In this document: piece after piece, positions 25,601 to 35,183 of the stretch
Layout: every line of letters begins with the position of its first letter
Position numbering within the stretch: position 1 is the first letter of the stretch
Assembly (NCBI GenBank): GCA_963575745.1
Contig: CAUYUJ010000073.1
Coordinates: 1 to 64,000, forward strand
Reading direction: 5' to 3'
From: Prorocentrum cordatum
Lineage: Eukaryota
DNA: 64,000 nt
Notes under the pieces: generated by a model
The model's input: the letters and a program-made list of their open reading frames with translations, nothing else
Databases searched by the model: none
What the model was told of the DNA's origin: nothing
Program-made: the position numbers and the translations under genes

Positions 25601-28440
25601 GGTGGGCATGCGCGTCCATTGGCTGTGGCCCTGCTTGCTCTGCCTGGCAAGGCTCCACCAGTGGGGCAAAAGGATGTCGTAGCTGCCTCCATGCTCGTTG
25701 GCGCTGCGGTGGAGGAGCACAATGTCGCCGAGCAGCTTGGCACGCCATCTCCATGCTCTCGAAGTAGGGTTCCCCCTAGGTCTGGCATGGGCCTCGGGCC
25801 CCGCGGCGGTGACTGTGATAAACTTTGGCGCTCTGCCACGGCCCTTGTACATGTATCTCTGGTCGTGGGGGATCTGATGCAGGTGGCAGAGCTCAGCTTC
25901 CATGATGGCGTTGGCCTCCTGCCATATGCGGTCCAGGTCGTCGGGGTGCAGACGCATGCTGTGGTCAAGCTGTGGCCACTGGACCTCAGTGGGGTCGGGC
26001 CTGTCCTGCGCCAGCGGTGCCTTGGCTGGGAAGGGCTTGATCTTCTGGAGAAAGCGTACCTGCGCCTTGCGGAAGGATCCTCGAAGAGCCAGGGACAGCG
26101 GCGCATGCGGCGGGACGCTGACTTTGGTGCATAACTGCGGAGGGTCGAAGGAAGGGGCAATGCGCTGGTCCACTACGTAGTAGTCCAGCTCGCGATGCCC
26201 TGTGGAATGCTGACAGGCAGGGATCCCATTTGCCAGTAGGACTCCGCCGATGTCGTCAATCCAATTGCTGCTGGCCAGCTCATTCGGTAGCATGTTGAAG
26301 TCGCCTTGGAGGACCCAGGGGATGCTGGAGCGGTGGATGATGTCGGCGATCCGACCTAGCAGGCTGAGGTTCCTGATGGTGAGGCCCTCAGAGACCCACA
26401 AGTGCACACTGATGAGCATCATGCCTCCCTTGCCTCCAATGGGTGCCCAGGCCACGCACAGACGTCCTGGTGATCCAGGCGGTGAGTGGTCGAAGTCCTT
26501 GTGCCCTGCCAGCGGCGCCAGGCCAATGGCTGAGGGCACTGCAATATGTACCCCTGCGCTAGGCCCTCCGTGTGGCCCAGGGGCAGACCTGGTCATGGCC
26601 AGGGTGATGCCTCGCTTCTTGGCGGAGGCGAGGATCGCGGGTACCCATTGGTTGCTCAGCTGATGTTCTTGTCCAAGGAGAGCCCAGACCTGGCCACCGC
26701 ACAGGGCGTCGAGCAGCGTACTGGCCGCGCTCCATGTAGAACAGCTGGCGCCGTAGATTCTGACTCCTGCCTTGGATGCCCCTTCTTTGCCACGCTTGGA
26801 CTGGTTTGATCGTGGGCCTGATCCTCTGGCGCTGCCGTCGTGGGAGTTGCTCACGGTGAGGTCCGCAACGTCCATGGGGTGCTGGATGTCGTGGCTGTCT
26901 TGGTCGATGTTGTCGTTCGGGTTGATGGCATCTACGTCGTAGTCGCCAGAAGCCGCGACCTCTGGGAGGCCAGAGGTCCGCTTCTCCTCTGCAGGCGGTA
27001 GCTCCCACCTTCGCCTTGCAGAGCCTTGGTGTATGTCGTTGCCAACGCAGGTGTCCATCCTGTCGTTGAACTTGGTGTCTGCCTCCAGAGAAGTACGTGA
27101 GACCGATCCCGCGCCGCCTCGGACTGAGCCACTAGTAATGCCGCGAGGCGACGCTGACAGATCGTCCTTGTGCGGGGTGGGGACGGTCGGCACGCCCGCC
27201 ACCATCCTCCGCAGAGTGGGCACGACAGCGCCGGTTCCACCCCGCCGCCCCCCCTGGGAGACGCAGGGAGTACTCGTCCTCCCCCTCTCCCCCACCGTGG
27301 CCAGCGGTGGCTTGATTCCTGAGTAGGCTCGAGGTGGAGGTGCCTCTTCGTGATCTGCGGTCCCGCACCAGACGGGCTCGTCGTCCAAGGGAAAGTCGAT
27401 GTCTGAGGCGGCTGCTGCACCCGAGTCCCCCCCAACTGGCAGAGGAGAGGCGCTGGACACTCGTGCTGCCTGCTGTGACACAGGTCGCACAACCCCCAGC
27501 GAGCCCTCAACAAGGTCCTGCACTCCGCAGGGCACCAAGCCTTCCGCTCCAGGCTGCTCCTGGGCTCGCTGGCTGGGTGCACGCTCCTCCCTAGCCTGCG
27601 AGGGCTGGGACCCACGACCAGGTACCGGCTGCAGCAGCGCGTGGGGGGCGTCGTCTGCTCTGCGCCCTCGAAGATAGGGCCGTCCACCAGGCGGCAGCAC
27701 GCCTTGGAAGGCTCCCTGACCATGCTGGGGGGCAGTGCTCGAACTGCGGACGGCGTCGGCCACCCGCCCATCGGCGGCGTCGGCGGTGAGCTGGGTGCTG
27801 CGGGAGGCGTCGACCACCCGCGCGTCCGCGGCAGCCCGCGCGCACCCGACGCCGCCCCTCCCGCTGTGGTCAGGAGCAGCGCCTTCCCCACCACCTCGCA
27901 GCAGGCGGCGGCTCTGCTGAGACACGTTGACCGAGGGCTGCGCGAGATCCTGAACCTCTCGTGCAGCAGCCTCGGCACAGAAAGCGGGGCCATGAGCGAT
28001 GGCCCCGCCGAGCAGCTCCTCTAGGCTCGAACCGTGGACGGCATCGGCCACCCGCCCGTCGGCGGCGTCCGCGGTGAGCTGGGCGCCACTCAGGTCGATG
28101 CTCTCAACGTCGTTCTCGGCGTACGCCGCGACCGCTCGGGGGCCAAGGGCCCGCGTCCCCTCTGCAGGCGGCTCCCCCAGCCCACGCCTCGCAGAGCCTC
28201 GCTGTATGTCGTAGATGCCAACGCAGGTGTCCATCCTGTCGTTGAACTCCGTGTCTGTTTCTGGGTCGGAGTCGCCTGCCGCCCAGGTCCCTGTCTCGAT
28301 GAGAATCGTGTCCCCGAGAGTGCCTTTTCTCTTTGGAAATGTGCCGTCAACGAATCTGGTATTCCATGCTGGTCCGTCTCCTCTGGGTCCAGCGTGATGT
28401 GCGGGGCTGTGGTCGGGCGCCCCGCATGCCCTTGGCTCAG
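22608..28440 (-). pseudogene. LINE ORF2 (APE endonuclease + reverse transcriptase), disrupted by a stop at 25139 and several frameshifts
   Basis: APE ~26765-26090: LGQEH, LQGDFN (GDFN 26305-26294), RELDYYVVD, PHAPL. RT ~25140-24230: GADQIHP, DTRPIGL, AFEHIS, VIAGSCGG, YVVD at 24497-24486 (decayed YxDD), QLGVD. CRAC-x8-H-x4-C at 23455-23402; FSDGS at ~23203-23189; H..CLRCG..C ~23090-22990 and H..CYNCG..C ~22890-22795. The 5' boundary is approximate. Confidence 0.88.
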
Positions 28441-29558
28441 GCGGATTGGGCCCCTGCCACTGGCTGGGCGCCTGAGGTAGTGGCCTGGTCGTTGCTCTCC
28501 TTGACCTTGTCCTTCTTGCGCCTGGCCAGGGTCTCGCTCGTGCGTCTCTGGAGTTCAGCGCGCCCTGCATCGGTGGAGGGGCAGGTGCCTCTGGGCGGCT
28601 CCGCTGCGGGCGGCACCGCTGCAGCGCCTCCAGCAGCGCTCGCCTAAGGCTGGCTGGCTGGGTCTGCTGGTGCTGCTGCCGCTGCTGGAGGCTGAGGGCC
28701 CTTGCCATTGTCCCCTTTGCGCTTCTTGGCCAGTCGCTGTGCATATTCCTGGTGTTGTTGCCTGACGGACAGCGCGTGCTCAGCGGCCTTGGCGAAGACG
28801 TCCTTTGTCCAGGTTGTGATGTGTTCCTCGAGTGCTCGCTGACGTTTGCTGATTTCCTCTCAGTCCTCGGTCGTGATGTCTCCTTCCTCGAGGTCGAATA
28901 CTGTGCCCATGTCGATCTTGATGCTGCTGCAGGTGCCGTCGAGCAGCGCGCCAAGGGCGAGCACTGGCTGCTCGGGGGCCTTGGCTTTGTGCAACTCGTG
29001 GACCTTTGAGTGCTGCACGCTGTAGTCCTCGAGCTCGGCGTTGAGCTGGGCGACCCAGTCCCTCTGGCCGTCGAGCTCACGTTCCCATTTGTCGAGCTTG
29101 TCCAGGGCCGACTCGAGCTTCTTGGCGTGCTTGTCGCCGGCGTTGGAGATGTCAAACAGCTGCAGCTCCAGGGACTTCTTGGGTCCTCCTGCCGCCAGGC
29201 GGTTGATCGTGTCGATCCTCGCCTTGCAGCGCTCCTGGAGCTTTGTGTTGCCCATCTTGGTGGCGACAGTGTACAACTCGTTGACCTCGGGGAGGTCGAG
29301 CTTGTCCACGTTGAAGCCGTCGTGATCTTGGCTGCCAGGGCCCGCTGCACCAGCGCCGCCAGGAGCCATGCTAGGGCGGTCAGCCCAGCGCCCCTGCGCC
29401 GCTGGCGGTGCTGCGTTGCCTGGCTCATGCCGTGGTGCTTGGCAGTGCTTGCACCATGTCCAGGCCCCGAGGTTCTTGCCGCACCCGCACTCCGTGCACT
29501 TCCAGTTGGGGCCGGCACGCCATGGCGCGGCATCGCGCCACCAGCTCCTCGGCGCCGT
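28437..29558 (-). pseudogene. LINE ORF1: RanBP2-type zinc finger plus coiled coil (~373 aa with two premature stops)
   Basis: In frame with track ORF 28860..29369 and upstream of it reads WKCTECGCGKNLGAWTWCKHC (29504-29442). Putative start GCC-ACG-GCG at 29558 (ATG>ACG). In-frame TGA at 28862-28860 and TAG at 28646-28644 with helical sequence continuing beyond; terminal TGA at 28439-28437. Confidence 0.75.
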
Positions 29559-29737
29559 GGCTGCAGGAGCGTCTGTTCCCGATCCTGGGGCTGACCAGGC
29601 GGGGTCGTCGTCCTGCTCCAGAGGAGCCTCACAGGATGCTGCGTCGCCTGGGGCGACTCACGCAGCGGTGCGATGAAAGAAACTGAGGTCTAGCCGCGGA
29701 CTAGCGGTATCCACTTGTTTCCCCTGGGAAACCAAAA

Positions 29738-29774
29738 CTTTGAGCCAAAATGGCTTGAGCCAAAATGGCTACGG
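29738..29774 (-). other. Genomic dinoflagellate spliced leader plus tandem relict SL
   Basis: The minus strand reads CCGTAGCCATTTTGGCTCAAG (29774-29754; 21/21 match to DinoSL nt 2-22), immediately followed by CCATTTTGGCTCAAAG (29753-29738; SL nt 8-22 with one extra A). Confidence 0.95.
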
Positions 29775-29935
29775 GAGGAGGAGGAGGAGGAGGAGGAGGA
29801 GGAGGAGGAGGAGGAGGAGGAGGAAAGAGGAGGAGGAGGAGGAGGAGGAGGGGAGGAGGAGGAGGAGGAGGAGGAGGAGGAGGAGGAGGAGGAGGAGGAG
29901 GAGGAGGAGGAGGAGGAGGAGGAGGAGGAGGAGGA
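29775..29935. repeat. (GGA)n microsatellite abutting the SL
   Basis: Directly visible. Confidence 0.97.
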
Positions 29936-30105
29936 GTGATCGGATCGCCAACAAAGCGCCCCGAATCGAATCGAAATCGGATCGCCGCACCCGGTTCCAG
30001 CTGGCCCCCGCCTATACCGTTGAACCGAACCGAATCGAATCGAATCGGAATCGCAGCCCCAGTCGGCGAATCAAATCTTATCGAATAGGATTGTAGGCGG
30101 CCCTG
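29936..30105. mobile_element. Possible truncated DNA-transposon end with (CGAAT)n subterminal repeats
   Basis: Clustered CGAAT/CGAAC pentamers ending in GGCGGCCCTG (reverse complement CAGGGCCGCC, a hAT-like CAGGG terminus). No partner end was found. Confidence 0.35.
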
Positions 30106-30172
30106 CCACCCGAGCTCACAGCACATGCAGGCGGCCCACCTTGGAGCCGGCGGAAGGGAGGAAGAAGGAGGT

Positions 30173-30305
30173 TGGTGGCTCAAAGATGGAGACTCCCGAG
30201 GGATGCTGTCCTCAGGACGAGGTTTCTCAAACAACGCAAATCCACCCTTGGACCCCTTCCTATCCTTGGGACCCCATCACTCAGGACCCCATCTTTGAAC
30301 CACTG
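30173..30305. mobile_element. MITE-like element with ~40-bp imperfect TIRs
   Basis: Left TGGTGGCTCAAAGATGGAGACTCCCGAGGGATG; reverse complement of the right end CAGTGGTTCAAAGATGGGGTCCTGAGTGATG. Confidence 0.6.
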
Positions 30306-31426
30306 AGGAGGGAGCATGAGGGAGGGAGGGAGGGAGGGCCGCCCTGCATACGTCCGAGCGCGCCCGAGAGAGGGCACCCCCCCCCCTCGCTCGCCGCCAG
30401 GAGGGGCAGAGCAGAGCGCCACACGACGAGAGACGCCAGGCCACTGGAGCCGGCTGGTGGGCCTGAGGTGGCCCAGCATTGGTTCCAGCGAGCAGGAAGG
30501 GGGGGAGAAGCGGTTCGAGGTTCTGGGTTCGGGAGGGTTCTTTGGCCTCTTTCTGCCTCCTGGGGTCGTTCTCGGGCCCCGGGACCGCCAGAAACGGCTG
30601 CGGAGCGAAAAACTGCACACAGGGCGGACCCCCGGAGGGGTCCAGGGACCGATTTTGAGCGGAGGTGGCCTCACCCCCTCCTGACCGACTTTCTGGGGTC
30701 CCGGCCGGTTCAGACCCCCGCAGCGGCTTCAGCACCCACGAGCTGCGCGTCTTCCTCCCGCGGCTCGTCCGCGGCTCGCTCCACGTCCGCACGGATGTGG
30801 AGCCGTCCCGCCCCCCACCAGCGGCCCGGGCGACCTGCGCGAGGACCCGTGCTGCGGCCCGTGGGCCATCCGTTCTGCCGCCCTGCGTGCACTTCGCCCG
30901 CGGCGGCCTCGTCCGAGCGGCAAGAGCACGGAGCTCAGGCGGCGCCCGCCACCCGCGCGCGACCAGCTCGTCAGCGCGCCCGCGGCGGGCTCGTCCGCTC
31001 CAAGTGCAGAGCCGTCGCGCGAGCCGTGCCCACGACTCGCGAGCGACCCACACGCGTCACGCCCGCGGCCCGCTCGCGGCTTGCTTGCCGAGCGTCTCGG
31101 TATTGAAGAGGTTTTCCTCGCGCTGGTGACCTGCGCTGCCCCCTCCTTGCTGCTCTGAGCTGGGGCCCCGGGCGGTTCCCCTCGAGTCACGGGGTGCGAC
31201 AGATGCGGGCTCGTTCACCCACCTCGCCCGTCCCGTCCCCAGGTTGGGACTTCACAGTCTTATTCGCAACTGTGGGGCTTCTGCGCTAGTGCTGAATTGA
31301 CTGAGGCTTGCGTGCTTCAGAGGCACGCATACCGGTATCAAGTACGCTGCTGCGGCTCAAGCCGGACAAGGTGTTGATTTCGAGCACGTGGCATTTGAGC
31401 TTAGCAGACCAGCCCCCTGTTTCGGC

Positions 31427-33691
31427 ATGTTGCGGTCCAAAGACGCAGCAGAGGAAGGCAAGACTCTACAGGATAAGCTCAAAGATCAGATTCCCTTGTC
31501 TATTTGTCCATTGCTGTGCATTGTTTCTTTTTCATTTCCATTTTTGGTATCCGGTGCGAGCATGCGCGAGAACCTCGTGTTCAAGCTTGGCACATTAGCG
31601 ATCATAGGGTGCTTCGCGGCAGCTTACGTTTTCGGTTATTGGTTGATCGCCCCGCGTAATGACGATGGGGTAGAGGTGTCGTTGGGAGGATGGCGGCCAG
31701 GCATTGGGGATCACGATGGAAGTCATTTGTACTACTGCGGGCGGGCGTTCAATCTACCTGGCAGTGACGGCTTCTGTGGGATCCACAACGGCCCACAATG
31801 TCCTTCATGCGAGCGGTACTCTGCAAGCCCGCGGCATGATCGCGTCAAGTTCTACGTGCGCGAGATGAAGCCCAAGCTTCGGATCACACGATGGCTCAGC
31901 CCAATGATATGCTTGGCCTTCTGCTTCGTGCTCTGGGGGGCCCCAGAGAAAGATCTAGCCTGCTCCTCTGAGTGCTGGGGCCCAATGATACCTTCATTAG
32001 CTGCGTATTACCTTCCACCAAGAAACACCAGTGCGAGCGAGTCATTGGAAAGTGACCTGATGTACGTGTCCGTGTTTCTCCCAGTCTTGAAGCCAATACA
32101 GATCTTGCCACAGATTGGTCAGCCTATCGACGACCGACTTTCGCGGACGATGTATTTTGGCGTGGAGATGGGAGGCATTCTTGTCGTCACCGCAATGATA
32201 CTGGAAATTGCCAGGTTTCTATGCAAGGGGCGCAGGCGTTTCGACGGTAACTCCAATAATTTGAACGCACCTTTAGTTAGCAACGCGAGGCTTTCTCAGC
32301 GGCAATCACCACACAGAGCGCTGTGGTGGTACAAAGTCACCTTCGTTATGTACTACATCGCATACCAGGTTTCGCTGTGGGTGTTGATGGACTACGGGGT
32401 GGCCAACGGCTTCATGAACCTCACCACCGGGATTGATTGGGAACTCTGGGTGCCTTTTGTCGCAGCTGTAGCCATGGTGGCGCTGGTCACCGGCATCTCT
32501 TGGTACTTGAAGAAGGCAGGTGACGACTTTGAGAATCCCGCACCCAAGCTTGCCATGGTGATGACCCCCTGGCTCGGAAACGAGCCGCATATCATGAAGG
32601 ACCACATCGCTCAGGCACTTTGTTTCGCTGCCGCCCACTGCCAGGATGATGACGCGTTGCGAACGGTCGGGCTCGTGCTCGGTTATATGAGCATTGCGGC
32701 AACATTCTTCCCCTTACTCTTCTACTTCACCGATCCCACAGTGTTCGACTCGCTCAGAGCGTCGCACTGGCCAATACCAGAGTCACCCGCTCCTGGCCCT
32801 GGTCTGCAAGGTCACGGCCAGCGTGAAAGAATCCAATACAACTGCAACGGGGTGGCAATCATGGCAGTGATGCCCGATAAATATCTGCGTGCCCTTATGG
32901 GAGAGGCTCCCCATACGCTTCTCCACATAGTCTTTGCGTACTTCTTCGGTGGGGGGGCATTCATCGTTGCAGCCATATTCTTTTCGGTGAGTAAGATCAT
33001 CATGATCCCGTTGGGACGTTCTATTCTGAAGTCGCGTATCCCGGCGCACGGGTGCACTGAGATAAATCTTGAGATGTTTTTGAGGAGTTGCCGCGACAAT
33101 CTCAATTGGGACAGTTCGGACGATGCCATCCAGAGAGCGCGCAAGTATAAATGGGTCAACGTTATAGCATGCTTGGAAGAAGTGATTCCAGACTTAGACT
33201 TCCACTCAGACAGGGTGCTGTTGAACGCGCTGGGTAAAGCCGCATCTGTTGATGATGGCACGCAAATTGATCCGGCTGCGGGTCGCTACATAAGCGTATT
33301 ACGCATCCTCCGTCACAATTTAGGTGTCCGCGACGAGAAATGGGCAGCTATCACCGTTGATTGGGTGAAAGATGGCATATTGTCTCATGGCCATTTGTCG
33401 CTCTTGGAGGAGATCGACAAGATGATCGGGCAGAAGGCCTCTGCAAAGTACATAAACGAGGTGCTTGATATGGATGCCCGCGGGAGCTTGCCTGGAGAAA
33501 CAGTTAGGGCCTTGGAGAACGCATCGAGGAAGCTCGGCTTAGGGACCGGAAACCAACGAGAAGATAATCCTGACACAGGAGAAATCTTTGCGGCCATAGC
33601 CCTTCACGCCAGCAGAGTGCAGATTGTTGTCTGGCTGTGGTGTTTCGCGCTTCCGGTGTTTGCCTTCGGCTGCGGCTGCCATTTCGCTTGA
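31427..33691 (+). CDS. Intronless multi-pass membrane protein (~754 aa from ATG 31427) with a YYCGR..DGxCG..NGPQCxxC motif; function unknown
   Basis: A 2.3-kb stop-free, high-complexity ORF with many hydrophobic segments (e.g. LGTLAIIGCFAAAYVFGYWLI, WVPFVAAVAMVALVTGISWYL, LLHIVFAYFFGGGAFIVAAIFFSV), the Cys motif at 31730-31810 and a soluble helical C-terminal region. The start could instead be ATG 31562. Confidence 0.8.
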   Translation: MLRSKDAAEEGKTLQDKLKDQIPLSICPLLCIVSFSFPFLVSGASMRENLVFKLGTLAIIGCFAAAYVFGYWLIAPRNDDGVEVSLGGWRPGIGDHDGSHLYYCGRAFNLPGSDGFCGIHNGPQCPSCERYSASPRHDRVKFYVREMKPKLRITRWLSPMICLAFCFVLWGAPEKDLACSSECWGPMIPSLAAYYLPPRNTSASESLESDLMYVSVFLPVLKPIQILPQIGQPIDDRLSRTMYFGVEMGGILVVTAMILEIARFLCKGRRRFDGNSNNLNAPLVSNARLSQRQSPHRALWWYKVTFVMYYIAYQVSLWVLMDYGVANGFMNLTTGIDWELWVPFVAAVAMVALVTGISWYLKKAGDDFENPAPKLAMVMTPWLGNEPHIMKDHIAQALCFAAAHCQDDDALRTVGLVLGYMSIAATFFPLLFYFTDPTVFDSLRASHWPIPESPAPGPGLQGHGQRERIQYNCNGVAIMAVMPDKYLRALMGEAPHTLLHIVFAYFFGGGAFIVAAIFFSVSKIIMIPLGRSILKSRIPAHGCTEINLEMFLRSCRDNLNWDSSDDAIQRARKYKWVNVIACLEEVIPDLDFHSDRVLLNALGKAASVDDGTQIDPAAGRYISVLRILRHNLGVRDEKWAAITVDWVKDGILSHGHLSLLEEIDKMIGQKASAKYINEVLDMDARGSLPGETVRALENASRKLGLGTGNQREDNPDTGEIFAAIALHASRVQIVVWLWCFALPVFAFGCGCHFA

Positions 33692-34349
33692 GGCGCCAGC
33701 TCTGGCAAACCCAGTGTCACAGTTTACGTTTTGATTGGCCACGTCGGTAAGAATTGCGATGTCACGCGTTTCCGCGACTGCAGTGGGGAAGAAGCTGTGC
33801 AGAAACGTTGTAGCACTGTCCTGTGTAGCAACCCTGCAACATTGCCCAGTTGTTGCGTTTCTTGTTGAAATCATATGGCAAGCCTCTTGGGAGCTTCTCT
33901 TGGGCCCCTCGGGAGCCTTTGCAGGGGCCTCCGAGTGATCCTGGGCCGTCGTGGATAAGGCATGGAGGTCAAAAGGGGGTTGCCGTGTTGAAGATGTTTC
34001 CTTTGTTGCAGAGTTCGTCCTCGCCCCTCTCCGATCCACATCCTCTGCAAGTATGGGCGAGCGAAGGGCCACATCTGTTTCTGGACGGACAGCTGCTGCT
34101 CGCCAGTGCGCTGACCTCGGGAAACGTGCTCACATAAATTGACACGGTGTGGGTCCTGGCCTGGGTTCGCTAGATGCACACGTGGCCGCACGCTTTCCCA
34201 GCACTCTGCATATCGAAGACGCCTACGGCGAATCACCGCCGCCCCCTGCCTTTGTGGAAGCGCCTATGTGGCCGAACGTTGAGGCCAGACCTGCCAAGCC
34301 ATCGGACCATGTGTTCCCCGAATCGGTTTGGAAAGCCTTCAGGGAACAC

Positions 34350-35179
34350 GTGGGCGTCTTGATGGTCATCGTCGCCGTCTTGGAGGCCTCTTGGGCGATC
34401 TTTCGGCGATCTTTGGGGGCTCTTGGGCCGTCTCGGGCCGTCGGAAGGTCGAAAGAAGGGAAATGCCCAAATCCATCAAAAACCTTGGGAAAATCAGTGA
34501 TTTTGGCATCTTTTGGCCTTCCTGGAGGCCCTCTTGGGGGCCTCTTGGGCCCTTTTGGGCCAGCTTCGAGCCAACTTCGGCCATCTTGGTGGGTTCCTGG
34601 CACGTCTGACGCCGTCGGGAGCCGTTTGGGGGGCCTTTCTGGGCCAACGGGGGACCCTCTTGGGGCGCTCCAGGGCCGTCTTGGAGGCCATCTTGGGCGT
34701 CTTGGAGGCCATCTTGGGCGTGTTGGAGGCCTCTTGGGCCGTCTTGGGGCCCTCATCTTGGGGGCTTCTTGGGCCGTCTTGAGCCGTCGGAGAGCCGAAA
34801 AGGCGCAAATGCCAAAATCCTTCAAAAACCAAGGGAAAATCAATGATTTTGCCCTCTTCGGACTCTCCTGGAGGACCTCTTGGAGGCCTCTTGGGCCGTC
34901 TGGGAGGCCTCTGGGGGGCCTCTTGGGCCGTCTTGGGCCGTCTTGGACTCTCTTGGGCCGTTTTGGAGGCCGTCTTGGACCATCTCGGGCGGACTTGGAG
35001 GCCATCTTGGGCCATCTTCGCGATTTTTTGAGGATGTCCCGAGCGAAACGGCCGTTTTTGGGCACGGTGGCGGGACGGGCCGGAGCCCACTGGAGAGTTC
35101 TTTTGGAAAAAGAACCAAAACCAAAACCTAACAGCTCATCCAGCACGCCGTGCACCCCTGCAAGCAGGGGGCGGCGGAT
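34350..35179 (+). mobile_element. TCTTGGGGCC-family interspersed repeat ending in a subterminal inverted repeat, hairpin and GGCGGAT
   Basis: Modular body. GGCACGGTGGCGGGACGGGCCGGAGCCCA (35061-35089) is the inverse of the family 5' motif. Ends CACGCCGTGCA-CCCCTGC-AA-GCAGGGG-GC-GGCGGAT. Confidence 0.7.
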
Positions 35180-35183
35180 CGAA

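Larger units (their letters stand above)
22543..29774 (-). mobile_element. Near full-length, inactivated APE-type non-LTR retrotransposon (LINE) with DinoSL at its 5' end
   Basis: Ordered SL, relict SL, 5' UTR, ORF1 (zinc finger, coiled coil), ORF2 (APE, RT, CCHC, RNase H stub, Cys/His fingers), a ~65-nt 3' UTR, then (CCT)n. Flanked on both sides by (GGA)n/(CCT)n. Confidence 0.9.

Noticed and set aside
28440..29632. N-terminal ~400 aa of the 1497-aa track ORF as real protein
   Set aside because: It is S/T/R-rich, typical of a shifted frame; the overlapping frame carries the zinc finger and coiled coil.
29738..29774. SL RNA gene
   Set aside because: The SL is followed by a relict SL and retroelement sequence rather than a splice donor and SL-RNA intron, so it is mRNA-derived.
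30173..30185. Relict SL (TGGTGGCTCAAAG)
   Set aside because: It is better explained as the left TIR of the 30173-30305 element.
31353..31361. Relict SL (GGCTCAAG) upstream of the membrane-protein ORF
   Set aside because: Only 8 nt match and the CCATTTT part is absent. The position is suggestive but compatible with chance.
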